Counted from the stretch's first letter, positions 45,650 to 59,400 are shown. The stretch is DNA of 64,000 bases from the human T2T-CHM13v2.0 reference genome, Homo sapiens (GCF_009914755.1 NC_060934.1), one strand, 5' to 3'. Notes: generated by a model from the sequence alone, not told the origin. Translations and numbers: made by a program.

Positions 45650-46155
45650 ATATGGTAGTTACTTTCTTACCCAATATCAATTCTCCCCTTCTTCCTAACA
45701 ATCCAAATCCTGATTGTATTTGGAATTTCAATTCATTCAAGTCATCAAATATATCTCCCATTCTCTTTGCCACTAGGGATATCTATCCAGTCCCATTCTG
45801 ACCAAAGAGAGAGAAGCAAGAGTCACTAAGTGCAGCTTCCAGGAAAGCTCTGTAGAAGGAGCAGGCTTCATTAGTGAATACCTTATTAACTTCCCTTTTT
45901 CCAGTCTGGAAGTTGGATATAGAGAAAGAACAGTCATTTTGTGACCACTGGGTGACAAGCATGAAGAAAACAGCCACAAATTAAAGAGAGCTGAGCAGAA
46001 ATCTACATGGAAACAGGGGCCCTAATGATTAATCATATTATAGAGTTATCACGGCAACCTTGGCTATCTAAAAAAAATTAGTCCCCTAATTTGTCTAAGA
46101 TATTGATCAACTGGGCTTTTGGTTACTTGCAGCTGAACACAATCCTAACTGCCAC
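45650..46155. mobile_element. MLT1-type MaLR solo LTR
   Basis: 'ccccttcttcctaac', 'cagtcattttgtgaccac', 'ggttacttgcagctgaacacaatcctaactg'. Confidence 0.75.
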
Positions 46156-48178
46156 TTGACTACCCATGGCCTAGGGGAGTAAACAGATTTCTAAGATATG
46201 ATGCCTTCCAGGTTGATAAGCAGTTATGTGAACAGAGCACAGAATGGATAGATCTGCTTTGATGGAGGAGAAACAACTGGTCAAAAAGGGTTTCGGAAAG
46301 GAAGAGATGCTTGAGTTGGGTCTTGGAGGATGAGTCATTCCCCAGCCACGAAGGAGTAGAAATGGCATCCAGGTTGACAGGACATACACGCAAAGACAAG
46401 AGAAGTGAAATAACGTGGCACACTCAATAATGTCGCTGAAATGACTTCATCTGACTGGGAAGAGGATGCTTGTGGGATGAGGTGGGGGATGACATCGAAG
46501 AGGGTAGAAGCCAGGTCATAAAAAGACTTGTGGGATCTTGGACAAGTCACAAAGCCAGTTCACCTCCAGTTTCCTCAGCTATAAAGAGAGGGGGTTCACT
46601 GAGAGGAGGGGGTAGCTCTGACCAGGGGGCTGCTCTGCAACCATCCCTTGCGGAACACTGGTTGGAGGCTCTGGCTCCTTTGCAAGACCCGGAAGTTTCC
46701 ACAGGAAGTGCTGTCCTGCCTGGCCCGCCTCCCTTGGTTTCACACTGCATGGTGTAGTCCAAGGACTGCACTGGCATTTCAGTTTGAACACTAAGCGGTG
46801 ACTCAGAACCAACAGAAGTGTGGACAACTGTTTACTAAGAAGGCAGCCTTTGGTGTGACAAATTAGAGTGGGCTGCTGGATTGTGCAGCACTCATGAGCT
46901 AGGCAGCTTGGAAATAGCACATACCATCGCATTGGGCAGTTGATTCATTTCTTGTCCTGTCTTGCCAGGCAGGGCATCACATGCCAACCCAGTCAGACCC
47001 ACCATCTATATCCAGGCCAGGGAAAGTGTTCTTTTTTTCTTTTTCTTTTTCTGGATGATGCCTTAAGTACTCTGAGATTTGTACCAGCATCCCTTGTTTG
47101 TTTTTTAAAATAACTCTATTATCCAGGAATATGACACTTTCTACTATTCATATGTTTAGTTTCCTTAACCTCTTGGAGCCAAAAGATTGCAGTCTATAGA
47201 GAGGACCATAAAGTTTTAGAGTCATGAATTAGCTTCTAGATCATCAAGCAATGTCAGCACTTCAATTCGCAGAATATTAAAAACCAACAAATATATATGG
47301 ATATGCTAGGTATAAGGAAGTGTGATGGGCTAGATACTGTAAGAGAACAGATAACAAGGAGGTGATTCCTGGCCTTAAGCTTAGACTAACCTTTAGAGGC
47401 TAGTTTAAGCTTACACTCTAGATTACGAGGCCAGGAAAGCCACGTGGCAGACAGATCAGGATTTGAACTCTGGCTCTAGGGATGATGACAATGGGTGCAA
47501 CTTGGACTCATTCTCTTAATCTTTTCCAGTTTCTCTTTACTCATCCACAAAACAGGGATAATAGTACCTGCCTCCCATGGCAGATGTGAGAATTAGAGAT
47601 CATGTGTGTAACAGCTACAGTGTGCAGTGGAGAATAGTTAGTTGCTCAGCAAATGATGGTTATTCCTATTATCATTAAGTTAGAAAGCTAAATAATTTGA
47701 AGCAATTATAAAAGATACGTTGAATGACAGTCCAAAATACTTGCTGAATTCATGGTTTGAAGTGTCAGGGACTTTCTTACCTATACATCTTTCCTGTGGT
47801 TCTCACTAGAGACCTGGGAAAAATAACCCCATTTGTAGATGAGAACACTGAGGATGGAGAGAATTGAAGTGGAAACATTTAATTTGGACATTTGGAAACA
47901 TTCAGTAAGAGGTGGAGCCAGGATTTGATCCTATGTGCTTTCTGCACTGCAATAGCTTCTTGCCAGGAGACCTTCAGAAGCTTCAATTCAGAAGAGAGAG
48001 AATCATGAAGCTGAGGTGGGCTGGGAAGCTTCAGAGGAGGTAACGGCAGTTCATCTGAACCCATCATTTGCTCCACCAATAATTAATACCTACTATTTGC
48101 AAAGAATTGTTCTGAGCAAGACTGACAAGATCCCTGTCTTTGTGGGGCTTGTGCAAAGAGGAGGATTTGAAGGGCTAA

Positions 48179-48633
<455 letters not shown>

Positions 48634-48980
48634 AGCCTCCAGTATTTTCTTGTACTACTTCTCATATGCAGTTCCACCACTCCTTGCTTTGCTCGTTCTG
48701 ATTTCCTGGCTCCCCCATAATATCCTCTTCCCCCTTGGCCACTCAGCCCTGCTCTGCCATGCCCATCTAGGCCATACTGTTCTAAAGACCGCATCTGTGA
48801 GAGGCCCTGAGGTAGCATGCTTTGTAAAACCCTTGTAGGAATTACCCCCAGCTGAGCTGCTCTCTATCCACCCATCTCCTTACAGGAGAAGAGCAATTAG
48901 ATGTCGAAAATGCCAGAAGGATTGATTGACAATGACAGAACCCACATGTTGGAGTGAGAATTATCTAGATTTGTCTGCTG

Positions 48981-48983
<3 letters not shown>

Positions 48984-49017
<34 letters not shown>
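48984..49017. repeat. (CA)17 microsatellite
   Basis: Direct count. Confidence 0.97.
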
Positions 49018-49018
<1 letters not shown>

Positions 49019-51447
49019 CATTTGGCAATGTGTATGTATTAGATAAACCTTGATTTCCTCCATGAGAATGGAAGCTCCAAAAGCTGTGATTGTTATCTGT
49101 TTTGTTCACCAGAAGAGGATCCTGGCACAAAGTAGGCCCCAAGTATGTGCTGAGTGAATTAATCTTTGCAGGGCATGAGGAAGCCCCTCTTAGCAAGAGA
49201 GCTGCTGGGACTGAGATGCACTTTGATAAGCCTGCCACTGGGGTGGAAGGGAGCCTCCTGGGCTGGGTGCCAGCAGGTGCCCCAGTTCCAGAAGGTAGTA
49301 GGAAACCACTCTTCAGATAAGAGAAGGAGGATTTGGGTGTCACAGGAAGAAAACATCCAGGAGAGAGGAAGAAAGGAGAAGGTGAGAATTGGGCTGAGGT
49401 CTGTTTGGGGAAGAATCACAGGAAAAGAAGGCCTCACTGAAGGCCCTCAGAAAAGGGCTTGGGAGGAGAAGAAGTGTGTTCAACACACTTTACCCGGTTT
49501 CAAGTATTGTATGATAAGAACTTCCTCACCCAGCTTCCCTGCAGGACTATCAATAACCAGCCCCCCCACCCCCACCCCCGCCCCGCCCTGCAACACACAT
49601 AGTATTTCTTAATACTTTAGTGCAGACAGAGTTTGAATTGGTGGAGAGCAGAGAAGAGCTTAGAGAGGAGGGCAGTGACAGCTGACAGCTTGTGGGTTCT
49701 GATACAAACTCATAGGTGCTCCTCTGTGGCCTGCCAGTGACCACCAGGCAGTGTTATGAACAGACGTTGCCACGGCCCAGCGTGGCTGTCCTTGCAGACT
49801 CTTTCCTGTATCCCACAGTGCTATTCCCGGTGCTGTTGGACTCGCACGGATGTTGTCCTTGTTTTAGGATCCTCCTTCCTATTTGAAGTCATTAGACTCA
49901 GTCTCTGCTAATGTGTTTGCTCTTAGGTGCCATGTGCTTATCAGTAGGATTTGAGGCTTAAATGATTTTTCAAATATGTTCCAAAACACACTGGCTGCTA
50001 GTCTATTATTTAACCCAGAAATGACTTCTCTGTCTAAGATGAACGCCCCATGGCTTCTTGCTAACTGTACTGCCTGCACCCTGCAATGATTGGAAAGCTA
50101 GAGCTTCTCCTTTTGGCAGATGGAGTCACTTCCTGATTGGGGTCCATTTGGAACTGAGATCCTCATCTTATAGCACCATAACTCTTCCTGCTTGAAGCCC
50201 TGAAATGTCTGTTTTTGCAGCAAAGTCGCACGAGAGTTTTCTTAACCATTCTAGTCCCAGTAACAAGGACGGCCTTCGGAACCTGCTTCAAACAATACCC
50301 GAAGATCCACCAGTGTGCCCTGGGGGCATTTCTGTGTGCCCTGGGACAGAACACCACGTGGTAAATGAATGGACTAGTTCAAGTTATAAACTTAAGTTTG
50401 ATTCAAAGAGAAGCAAATCTTAAATTAATAGGCAATCTGAACTAGAAGTTCAATTATTCTCATCCCCCCCAATACACACATACATGAGCAGCACTGCTTT
50501 CATTCGTTCCTGTGAGCCTGGGGCATCATTGTCTGAGATGCTGTTGTGTACGTTTCCCAGACTGTGAGTCTCCGGATCTAGACTCCAAGCTGGCGGTGCC
50601 TGGGGGCCACATGGAGCCTTTTCAGAACCCATGCTCCAGACTCTTCTGCATGATATAATCCTGCAGTAAGGAGAGCAAAACCCCAGGGAAGCCACTCAGC
50701 TTTCCCAGTGTGGCTAAGTAAAATTCCATGCTGAAAAAATGGGGTGTCACCCACAGACAGACAACAGATGAGACCTCTGAGTGTATCCTTCCTGTGTTCA
50801 AACTTGTAAAAGCTTTTTTTTTCTTCCTTCTGGGAGTTATTTAAATGCATTTATTTTCCAAGTAGGCAGGGTCCAGCTGCCTCTTTTATTAGGCTAGACT
50901 ATTGCATTGTCAGGGCAAAGGGTGAGCTTTTGCCTTGCAGAGTCTTAGTCATGTGCTGGCAGCTGGTGGAGATGCTTTGCACGCATGGGGAGTCCAGAGC
51001 ATCAACTCAGGGTGAATTCAGGAAGTGCATTAATCTTCATTCCGGAGCTCCTGGAGTTTCCTGGACTTGCAGCCTCTGCAAAGCCCAAGGTGCACTGTCC
51101 ATTCCCGTTGGTGGCCTTCAGTTGAAGTTCATCTAACCCCAGTGAGTTGTGTGTGTAAGGGACATTTTCAAAACCCACCTAAGCTCACTTAACTGCTAAG
51201 GAAACCTGGCCACTCCTTAGGCTGGTTTCTGAAGGGGGCTCCCTTCTTCTGCCTGAAGATATCAATCAGACCACCCTTTCTCTCCTACTGGAAAACATCT
51301 CATAGTTTTGGGTGCCTAGGTCTATTTTTTTTCCTCCCTCCCCTTAATTTAGGCCCCATTTCCCATTTCTGAGAACTTGAAAACCACGGTTCACTGTAAC
51401 AACGCCAAATCATTACAAGACAACCACAGTCTTGGGTAGCCAGTTCT

Positions 51448-51580
51448 TCTAAAGTACTCAGGAACTCTTGAATAATGATAATATATTACATAATACTAAT
51501 ATGCATTGAACACATATCATGCATCAGGTATGAATATGTTATTTGATTTATCTCATTTAATTCTCACAAGTCACATAAGT
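51448..51580 (+). repeat. Inverted repeat, left arm (133 bp; MIR end plus flank)
   Basis: Reverse complement of 52913-53045 with 2 mismatches. Confidence 0.95.
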
Positions 51581-51807
51581 TTAGTTGTTGCCTGATACTA
51601 AGAAAAGTTAAGTAGCTTGTTCACAGTCACATGGCTAGTAACTGATGGAGTTGGGGCTCTGACATCTGAATTCTCTGATTTTAGCTCCTAAGCCCTTGCT
51701 CCCATTTCTGGGAGATGGGCTGCTTCCACTACAGAATCTCTTTTACAGTTAAGGCAACTCAAGACAAATGACCTGCCTAATAGATGAGGTCAAAACTAGA
51801 GCCCAAG

Positions 51808-51992
51808 GCAGTGGTTCTCAACCATAGTTACTCATTAAAATCAGCTGGAGAGTTAAGAACAAAACAAAAACAATGCTGTGGCTGCATCCTTAACAATTCT
51901 GATTTAATTGATCTGGGGAGAAGTCCCATCATTCGTATTTTTAGAAAGCTTCTCAGGGGATTCTAACCTGTAGCCTGGTTTGAGAATCTCTG
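51808..51992. mobile_element. MER5-like MITE
   Basis: 'cagtggttctcaacc...ttctgatttaattgatctgggg...ggattctaa...ggtttgagaatctctg'. Confidence 0.75.
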
Positions 51993-52912
51993 ACACATTA
52001 CCAACTCCCAGACTAAAGCTTAACCAACCAAAATGCTCCACTTCATCCCATGTTCCAGCCAGTTCAGCTGGGACATGCCCAGAGGCAGGCAGTTAGGTTG
52101 CCCTACCATGCCCCATTGAGAGCTGAGAAAGTCTGCCCACCTGTAAAATAGGGAGAATGAGATCTCACAGGACCACTGGTTACATATTGGGATGTACAAT
52201 GCTTATCTTAACACAGAGTAAGTGCTCAGCAAATGGTAGTCATGGTGAAAACAGTTGTCATTGTTGTAGGGGCAGAAGTTTTCTGTACCTCATTCAGATC
52301 TCACAGCCCAAGGGCAGAACTTCATCAGCCATGGGCGCTTGGATCAAGTGCCATTACTGTGATCAAACACCAAGTCATTCAAGTCAGTCCTGGACACACA
52401 CAAACATGCACACGCACTAGCATCTTCACACCTGTGTATGCATCCAGGAAGTAGCCCCTTCAGCAACATTCTGTGTGAAAAGCCATGATGACAAATGAAT
52501 GAGGTATATCCTAGGGTTATCAGTGAAAATCATCATAGTTTGCACTGTCAGCCTGAGTGTGCAGAGGTCCACAGCAGGACTGCCCCACACAGGAAGAAGA
52601 CACAGAGAGGAATCTCTTACTACTTGCTTGCCTAATCATTTCCACTTAACACACAGTGAAAGCAGAACTTCGTGACATGCTTGCCCTGTCTGGGCAAAGG
52701 TTCTGCTTTTTTAGGAAGATCTTGGAAAAAGAAAAAAAAAAACAAATAACAAAAAGTCCCCCAAAACTTGGCCATGAGTGGGGAAGAGCTTCTCAATCTT
52801 TCATTTATTCCACTAGCATCTGTAGTCAGTTTCTTCATCCTCGTGCCATGTATCCACGTGCCTGGCACTGTGCTGGGGACTGAGACCTGCGTACAAGTTA
52901 TGTACTTGTGAG

Positions 52913-53045
52913 ACTTATGTGACTTGTGAGAATTAAATGAGATAAATCAAATAACATATTCATACCTGATGCATGATATGTGTTCAATGCATATTAGTAT
53001 TATGTAATATATTATTATTACTCAAGAGTTCCTGAGTACTTTAGA
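52913..53045 (-). repeat. Inverted repeat, right arm (133 bp, apparently the derived copy)
   Basis: Reverse complement of 51448-51580; interrupts an L2-like fragment. Confidence 0.95.
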
Positions 53046-53194
53046 GATGTCACTGCCCTGGGGCAAAAACAGAGGTCAATAACCTTGGGGATAAAATAGA
53101 GGTATACAGGCAACCCAGTACTAGCAGTTAAGACCCTTTTTCTGGGACACATGAAAAGGTTCCCCATTCTGTCCGTCAGCACCCTGTTCCAGGA

Positions 53195-53455
53195 ACCTCA
53201 TGGTAATGTTGATATTCAGCCAGTATGCACCAGTATAGCCATAATGGTTATCAAGCTAACAAAATGCTTCTAAGTAGGTTGGTAAATTGCCATGCTCTGA
53301 CCACGCCACATTACTACCCCAAAAATGCCACACCTAAAGGGTTAACCTGTGACGCACAGGGGGTCTCCAGGACAATGCTTTGATACCACTCCAGCTTTCT
53401 GATTGGTCAGTGCCTGTGCTAAGGGGGTTGCTAAGTATTCTGAACCTTACTCCTG
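53195..53455. mobile_element. hAT-Tip100-like MITE (ORSL-like)
   Basis: 'gatattcagccagtatgcaccagtat' and 'ttctgattggtcagtgcctgtgc...ggttgctaagtattctgaa' resemble a recalled consensus. Confidence 0.4.
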
Positions 53456-53964
53456 CCTCTTGGTAAGGGGCAGCTCTAGAGTTCCTCTAGAGGTCTTGGG
53501 GCTGTAATTAATTTTCAAGGTAGAGACGGGAGACTGCATACGTACAGCCAGTTCATGGGGTCACTTAGATTGTCTATTTGTTATAGCTTAGGGGAACTGA
53601 TGGCTATTTTAGGGAGCTAAAATCATTACCTCCACAAACCACTTCTTGGCAATGCTTCCACTTTAAATAGGAAAATTTAAGATGCCTATATTTCCCAGAA
53701 GACTCCCTCGTGAAGAAAAAAATACCCCAGTATCTGGAAATACAAACAAATGCATTAAGGTAACACTTGCCATTCAGAGTTACATTGTGTGTGAACTATT
53801 TTCCTCATTGGGAAACTTACCAGGAATGCATTCATTGACGAAATACGACACAGCCCCTATAGGTTGCACGTCAGAAAGTAGTTCTGATGATTGCCCCAAA
53901 AGGTAGGATGTTGAACCAGGAAGAACCCTGGACAGCTAGCATTGCCTATGGGGGTGCCCAAGGA

Positions 53965-54430
53965 ATGACTATCTGGTGAAGAGCAGGCTCTTCCCCTGCT
54001 CTGTCCTGCATCATCCACTCCAACTGTGTCTCCAGGCTTCCTGCTAGATTTGACCAATGGGAGGAACTGGGAGGTGATGGGAGGATGGAAGTAAAGGAAC
54101 AGCCAGGGTATTTCTCCTCCTTCCTCCCTGCCTCAGGCAGCAGGCCAGGCATCAGTCCATAACTTCTGTGGGACCAGCTCCCACAGGAGATACCAGTGGG
54201 CTTCCAGAATCCAGAGAGCGGCCCCTAAACTCCCACCATCCTGCTTCTCCTTTTCCCTTCCAGCCAGGAGTCCTGTGGCTTTCTGCTGTTGTTAATGTTG
54301 GGTTGCTTCCCTGGCCCCTGTTGGCTTTTCTGCATCCCCATGAGCTGTGCATCCAGTTCCCTGCATTAAATCCCCTCTGTTTTAAACACTCAGCATGGTT
54401 TCCATTTTCCCAGTCAGACACTGACTATCC
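53965..54430. mobile_element. ERVL LTR (LTR33/LTR41-like)
   Basis: 'ggcttcctgctagatttgaccaatgggaggaactgggagg' and 'attaaatcccctctgttt...ggtttccattttcc'. Confidence 0.65.
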
Positions 54431-55957
54431 ACTAGCTAACTCTGTGCTGTTTAGATGCTCCCCCCTCCCTAGGCCTCAATTTTTTGGTCTGTAAATGAGA
54501 CTGGAGGAAGTACCTACCAGGCTATATTTCAGCATCATGGTATCAGGGGTGTGGGGACCTGCCTACGCAGAGACATGGAAGTCAACCTCTGAGGAGAAAA
54601 ATGACCTTCCCACTTCAGGATGCTCCTGTAGGCAAGGGCCTCCTTTTGTTTATCCCAAAGTCGTTTTCATTTTGAACTGCAGCCTCAAATCCTTTTTTTT
54701 GAGGGGGGGGGGATAGGCAGGGTATAGGTAATAAAGAATAGTTTTTAATAATGCTATTTTAAAAGCAATAGATTCCTTGTTTCTTTCTTACCCATTTCAT
54801 AATTTGGCATTTCCTTATCTTTTCCTTAGCTATGTGCTATAGGTTCAAATGGTTTTCTCTAAATAATCTGGCATTTGGTGATGAAGAATATTTGTGGTTG
54901 TATTACCTAGTTATTTTTGCTATTTATTTATTTGTTTTTAGATTTTTGGCCATATAAACCACCATCTTTCGGGGTTGAAAGATTCTCATTGTCTAGTTTT
55001 TCTGCAAGCCCCACCTGTGCCCTGGATCATTTTAGCCAGCTTTCTCTGGATTCTCGGAAATCCCTGGACGTCTTCCACGGCTACTGCAGGTGAATACTCG
55101 AGTGATGTGCATGGTCATGCGGCTTAAGTAAAGAGCTGTTTTGTTGGTTTCCTATTTTTCTTCTCCAATCACTATTTTGTACACAGCCCCTTATCTCCCC
55201 ACCTGATCTCATTTTCCAGGCAGAGGTTCCACAGGGCTATAATCTGGCATGGAAGAGTCCCTATGGTCCTCGCTGGGCCCCTCTTGTACAATCCTGGTGG
55301 CAAGGCCCATGGGCTTCCTCAGCTGCCTCCTGAGCTTATGGGGAGACAAGACCTAAGCAACTAGAGAGCTGGAAACACGTGTTGTTCATAGCTAGATCCC
55401 TATCAGGAGCGATTCAGCAGGCAGTGATGGATCAGCTTCCTAGAACTGGACTCTGAGAGAAAGAACAGAGATGGCAGCAAATGTGGCCTCATAGAAGCCC
55501 CACAGCAGTGGAACAGGGGCAGATTTTAGAGTTAGATGTTGTTCCAACCACTGGTTCCACTGTATGCTCACTGTGCAAGCTCCTGTCATAATACTGATCG
55601 ACAATATTGATTAAGCTCCAACTATGTGATATGTACTATGCAAAGTTTTCCTGGATGCATTTTCTTATTTAATTCATAAAGCCACATGGATTTACCAATG
55701 AGGAAACAGGCTGAGAGCAGTTAAGCAACTTGACCAATACTATGTAACTAGAAAGTGGTCTGCTTTTACAGTCTATGCTACTTTGAGAGCTAACTAAATT
55801 TTCCAGTCGTCAGTGACCTTGTCTTTCATATCACAATATTTGTGCCTATCTTATAGTATTATTTCTCCCTTCCCCCCTCTCTCCTTTCCATTTAACATTT
55901 GCTGAGCTTCCATTTTATCTATGCACCCAGTTACATCTGGGTAACAATAGGATTCAT

Positions 55958-56043
55958 TAGTCAATGTTATATATATATATAATGTTATAATGACTATATA
56001 TATAGTCAATGTTATATATATATACACACACACACATATATAT
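55958..56043. repeat. Compound (TA)n/(CA)n repeat with internal duplication and palindrome
   Basis: Two copies of tagtcaatgttatatatatata around the palindrome tgactatatatatagtca. Confidence 0.85.
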
Positions 56044-56171
56044 TTTCAAATAATTCAATAAGTATGCAAAATTTACTTATGGAATGGAAGGTATTTTAGC
56101 AATCTGTCTTAGGTGGTACATGAGCCTGGATTCAAATGAGTCCTCAAAATGCACATAAAGAATTCATAACT

Positions 56172-56495
56172 GGCCAGGCATAGTGGCTCACGCCTATAAT
56201 CCCAGCACTTTGGGTGGCCAAGCAGGAAAATCACTTGAGGTCAGGAGTTTGAGACCAGCCTGGTCAACATAGAAAAACTTTGTCTCTACAAAATAAATAC
56301 AAATATTAGCCAGGTTGGTGACACATGCCTGTAGTCCCAAGTACTAGAGAAGTTAAGGCAGGAAAAATCACTTGAACCCAGGAGTTCGAGGCTGCAGTGA
56401 GCCATGATCACACCACTGCACTCCAGGCTGGTCAACACAGTAAGACAAGGCTCTCTAAAAAGAAACATAAAAATAAAATAAAATAAATAAAAAAT
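56172..56495 (+). mobile_element. AluJ-type SINE
   Basis: 'ggagttcgaggctgcagtgagccatgatcacacc'; (TAAAA)n tail; TSD-like aatt(c/t)ataac. Confidence 0.9.
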
Positions 56496-59400
56496 AATTT
56501 ATAACACTGTAAAACCATGGAGGCATATTGCCCCCATTTGCCCATGTGGAGCATGGAAGCAGCCAGCCACAGAAAAGGGTCCCAGCATGAGCCGAGAGCA
56601 ACTCTCAGGGCACAAGAGGAGCCACATCTCTTCTGTCTTTTTCTACCCAAAGCTCTGATGGAGAACTATCTCAGAGCAGGCCCCAAGGCAGTGGGCTGGC
56701 ACCTGGAAGTTATTTGGAGGCGGGGAGCCAGGCAAGATAGCAAGACAGCAGCAGTCCCATTCCATTTGAGAATTTAATACTCAAGGTTCCAACAACTCAG
56801 GAGCATGCTGAAGGATGTTTGAGCAAGCGTGGGGTGGGAAGATGCAGAGTGCAGGTAGCCATATTTGCAAAGCCACATATTAGACTCACTTTCTCTTGAA
56901 GACAGGACTATCTCAGCATGAATGAGGTCTTCTCAGCTCCTGGTTGCCTATGAAGAGGAGCCCTGTAGAGATGTCAAGCCAAACTTAGCTTCTTTACGGG
57001 GAAAAAGCCATTGACGGTAAAAATGGGGGTACCTGAATGAGAGAACTTGAAACAGCAGTTTACATGGTGTGAATGGATACCTGGGCACTGGAAATGAGTC
57101 CGATAGTGACAGGGATGAAAGCAAGGGACCAGTACAAACATTCCTGAACTCGGCGCCCTGGGTTTCGCTGCCTTTCCAGTGCTCTTCCCACTGCTCTGAG
57201 GGAGAATGAGGGAATACCCGGGGGCTTTCAGGATGGCTGTGTCCCTGCTGGAGATTGTACATCTGGATCTACGGTCACCTTCCTCCAGAGCCCCAGGTCA
57301 GAAGAAAGCTTATTAAATATTAACAGTTCTTCTCCCCTGATCTCTGGAGGTACAGGGCCTCAAAGAAAAAGAACAATCACAGCTTTAGAAACACAACCAA
57401 TTATATACTAATCTGTGGTCATTTTACATTCAATTTACAGTGTACGCTATTACCGTTGGCTTCCTTGTGCATTGTGTTGACATTATCTGTGACTTTGTTT
57501 GCTTTACACACAGCTCACAGCAGACAGGAATTGGAGGGAGAAGCCTTTTTAAAAAAATAAAATAAAACTTTAATGGGCCTCCAGAGCCAGTGGAAGCCAG
57601 GGAAAGACAGCATTTCAGGCATGCCATAATAATGTTTAGACTACTATTTTCTACCAGTCTGCAAAGTAAAGCTATCTTTCCCCAAGAGAGAATGGGGAGC
57701 CATGGAGAGTGGAGAGGAGACAAACTGAGAGAGAACAGAACAGAGAGAAAATGCAGAGAAGCGTTATTTAGGGAAATAGCCCTAGAAGAGCAAATGTGCT
57801 TGTGTTCAAATGAATGCCACCAAATGCCCCCTTCTCTAGGGAGACTTCCTGGATTCTCTGGGGTCACTGATCCCTTCTTTAAAGACCTATACCCCCCCTA
57901 TATGTCTGCAGTGTCTATTGCATTAAAATTTATCAGTTTCAACGTCTGTTTTTGCCTTTATATTCTGAATTTCCTAAGAATAGAAAAATGTATCTTCCCT
58001 ATGTTAGTATTGCCAGTGCCTACCACTATTCCTGATACAAAGTAGGGCTTGTGCATTGATTGATGAGTGTGCTATTATTGTATGTAGAACCCTCTGTGAG
58101 TGAATAACCCTGAGCCAGTTCTGTAACCTGTTCATGTGCAGCGAGATGGGACAGCTGTCCTAGGGAAGTGAACAATCTCACCCAGTTTGACTTTTATTTT
58201 CTCTGAAGTTCTTATCTTTGTGATTTTAACTCCTATATTAACATATGTTAAAACTGTCCTACATCAGATTTACATTTTAAGGATCAGCGAAAAGGTATTA
58301 GCAAGTGTGCTCAAAGCATGGGGATTGTTTGCATCCTAATACTGAGTGAAGCACAGAAGCAGACCACCACGTTGCATCTGGAGGAGCATCATGTGTGCAC
58401 ACTCACACCTGCTAAAAACTCCCAAAATGAAAATGGTTGATGAGTTAGGATGGTGAGATTGCAATTGTAGTTTCTTTTCGCAGAAAAATTGCCTTTTTAT
58501 GCTGTGTTTATTTAAAGATAAATGAATAAATATACAAACAAATATGAAATAGATACATTGGGAGGGAGGGGAAAAAAAACTGTGCTTCCATGTCCAAATT
58601 TGTTACCAAAAGAGCAAGTGGTGCTTTTTTATAGTTGCACAGAAAAGAACAGATTCTTTAGAACAGCACAGCACCAGGGTATGAGAATACTGAAGAGGAA
58701 AAGTATGAAATCTGTGCTATCCCTCCCTTTGGAGTTGTAAACTGGAGTTTGTTCTTGCCCTTTTAGCAAGTCGACTGTACCCTGGCCAACTCAGTATCAG
58801 GGAAAGGGCAAGAATTTTTTTAAATCCATTTCTGGTTGATGACATGCCCCTTAGTCACAGTCACCCCATCCCCCTCTCTCTCTTTCTCTCTCTCTCCCCC
58901 TCCCCCAACCCAGAAACAGCAAAATATGCTGTGTCCTGCATGGCCCCTGGGAACCTAGGCAGGGCAACAGTTTCATATAGGTTAGCCTGGTTCAGGGTGT
59001 GAATCTCGTTGAAGATCAAATGAACTCCATGAAACTCCTGTGGTTGCTAAGAGACATGATATCTTTAAATGTCAATTACCATTCCCCTCAAAATAGCTCA
59101 AAAATCATCCAGTGTTTGAGCTTTAAAAGTCCCATGATATGCCAGATTTAAAAGACATGGACTAAAATCCTGTCTTCATGATATGCTGGTTTTAAAAAGA
59201 CATGAATTAAAATCCTGACTCGATCATTTTCCAGATGGGTGACCTTCGCTAAATTACCTCTCTCTGAGCCTCATTCTTCCTTCTCTGTTAAAAGGGAGTG
59301 GTGATAGGGAGCAATTTTTAAACTGCAAAACACTCTAACTGTATGAGTTTGAACTACTTAATTCACATCTGATATGAGAACATATGTGAGAGAGATTGAA

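Noticed and set aside
52380-52700. Assigning the window to a named locus or known GWAS enhancer
   Set aside because: I could not reliably recognise the unique sequence; a BLAT search is needed.
51448-53045. Inverted repeats as TIRs of a new DNA transposon
   Set aside because: No flanking TSD, no transposase in the spacer, and the left arm is continuous with a MIR; templated duplication fits better.
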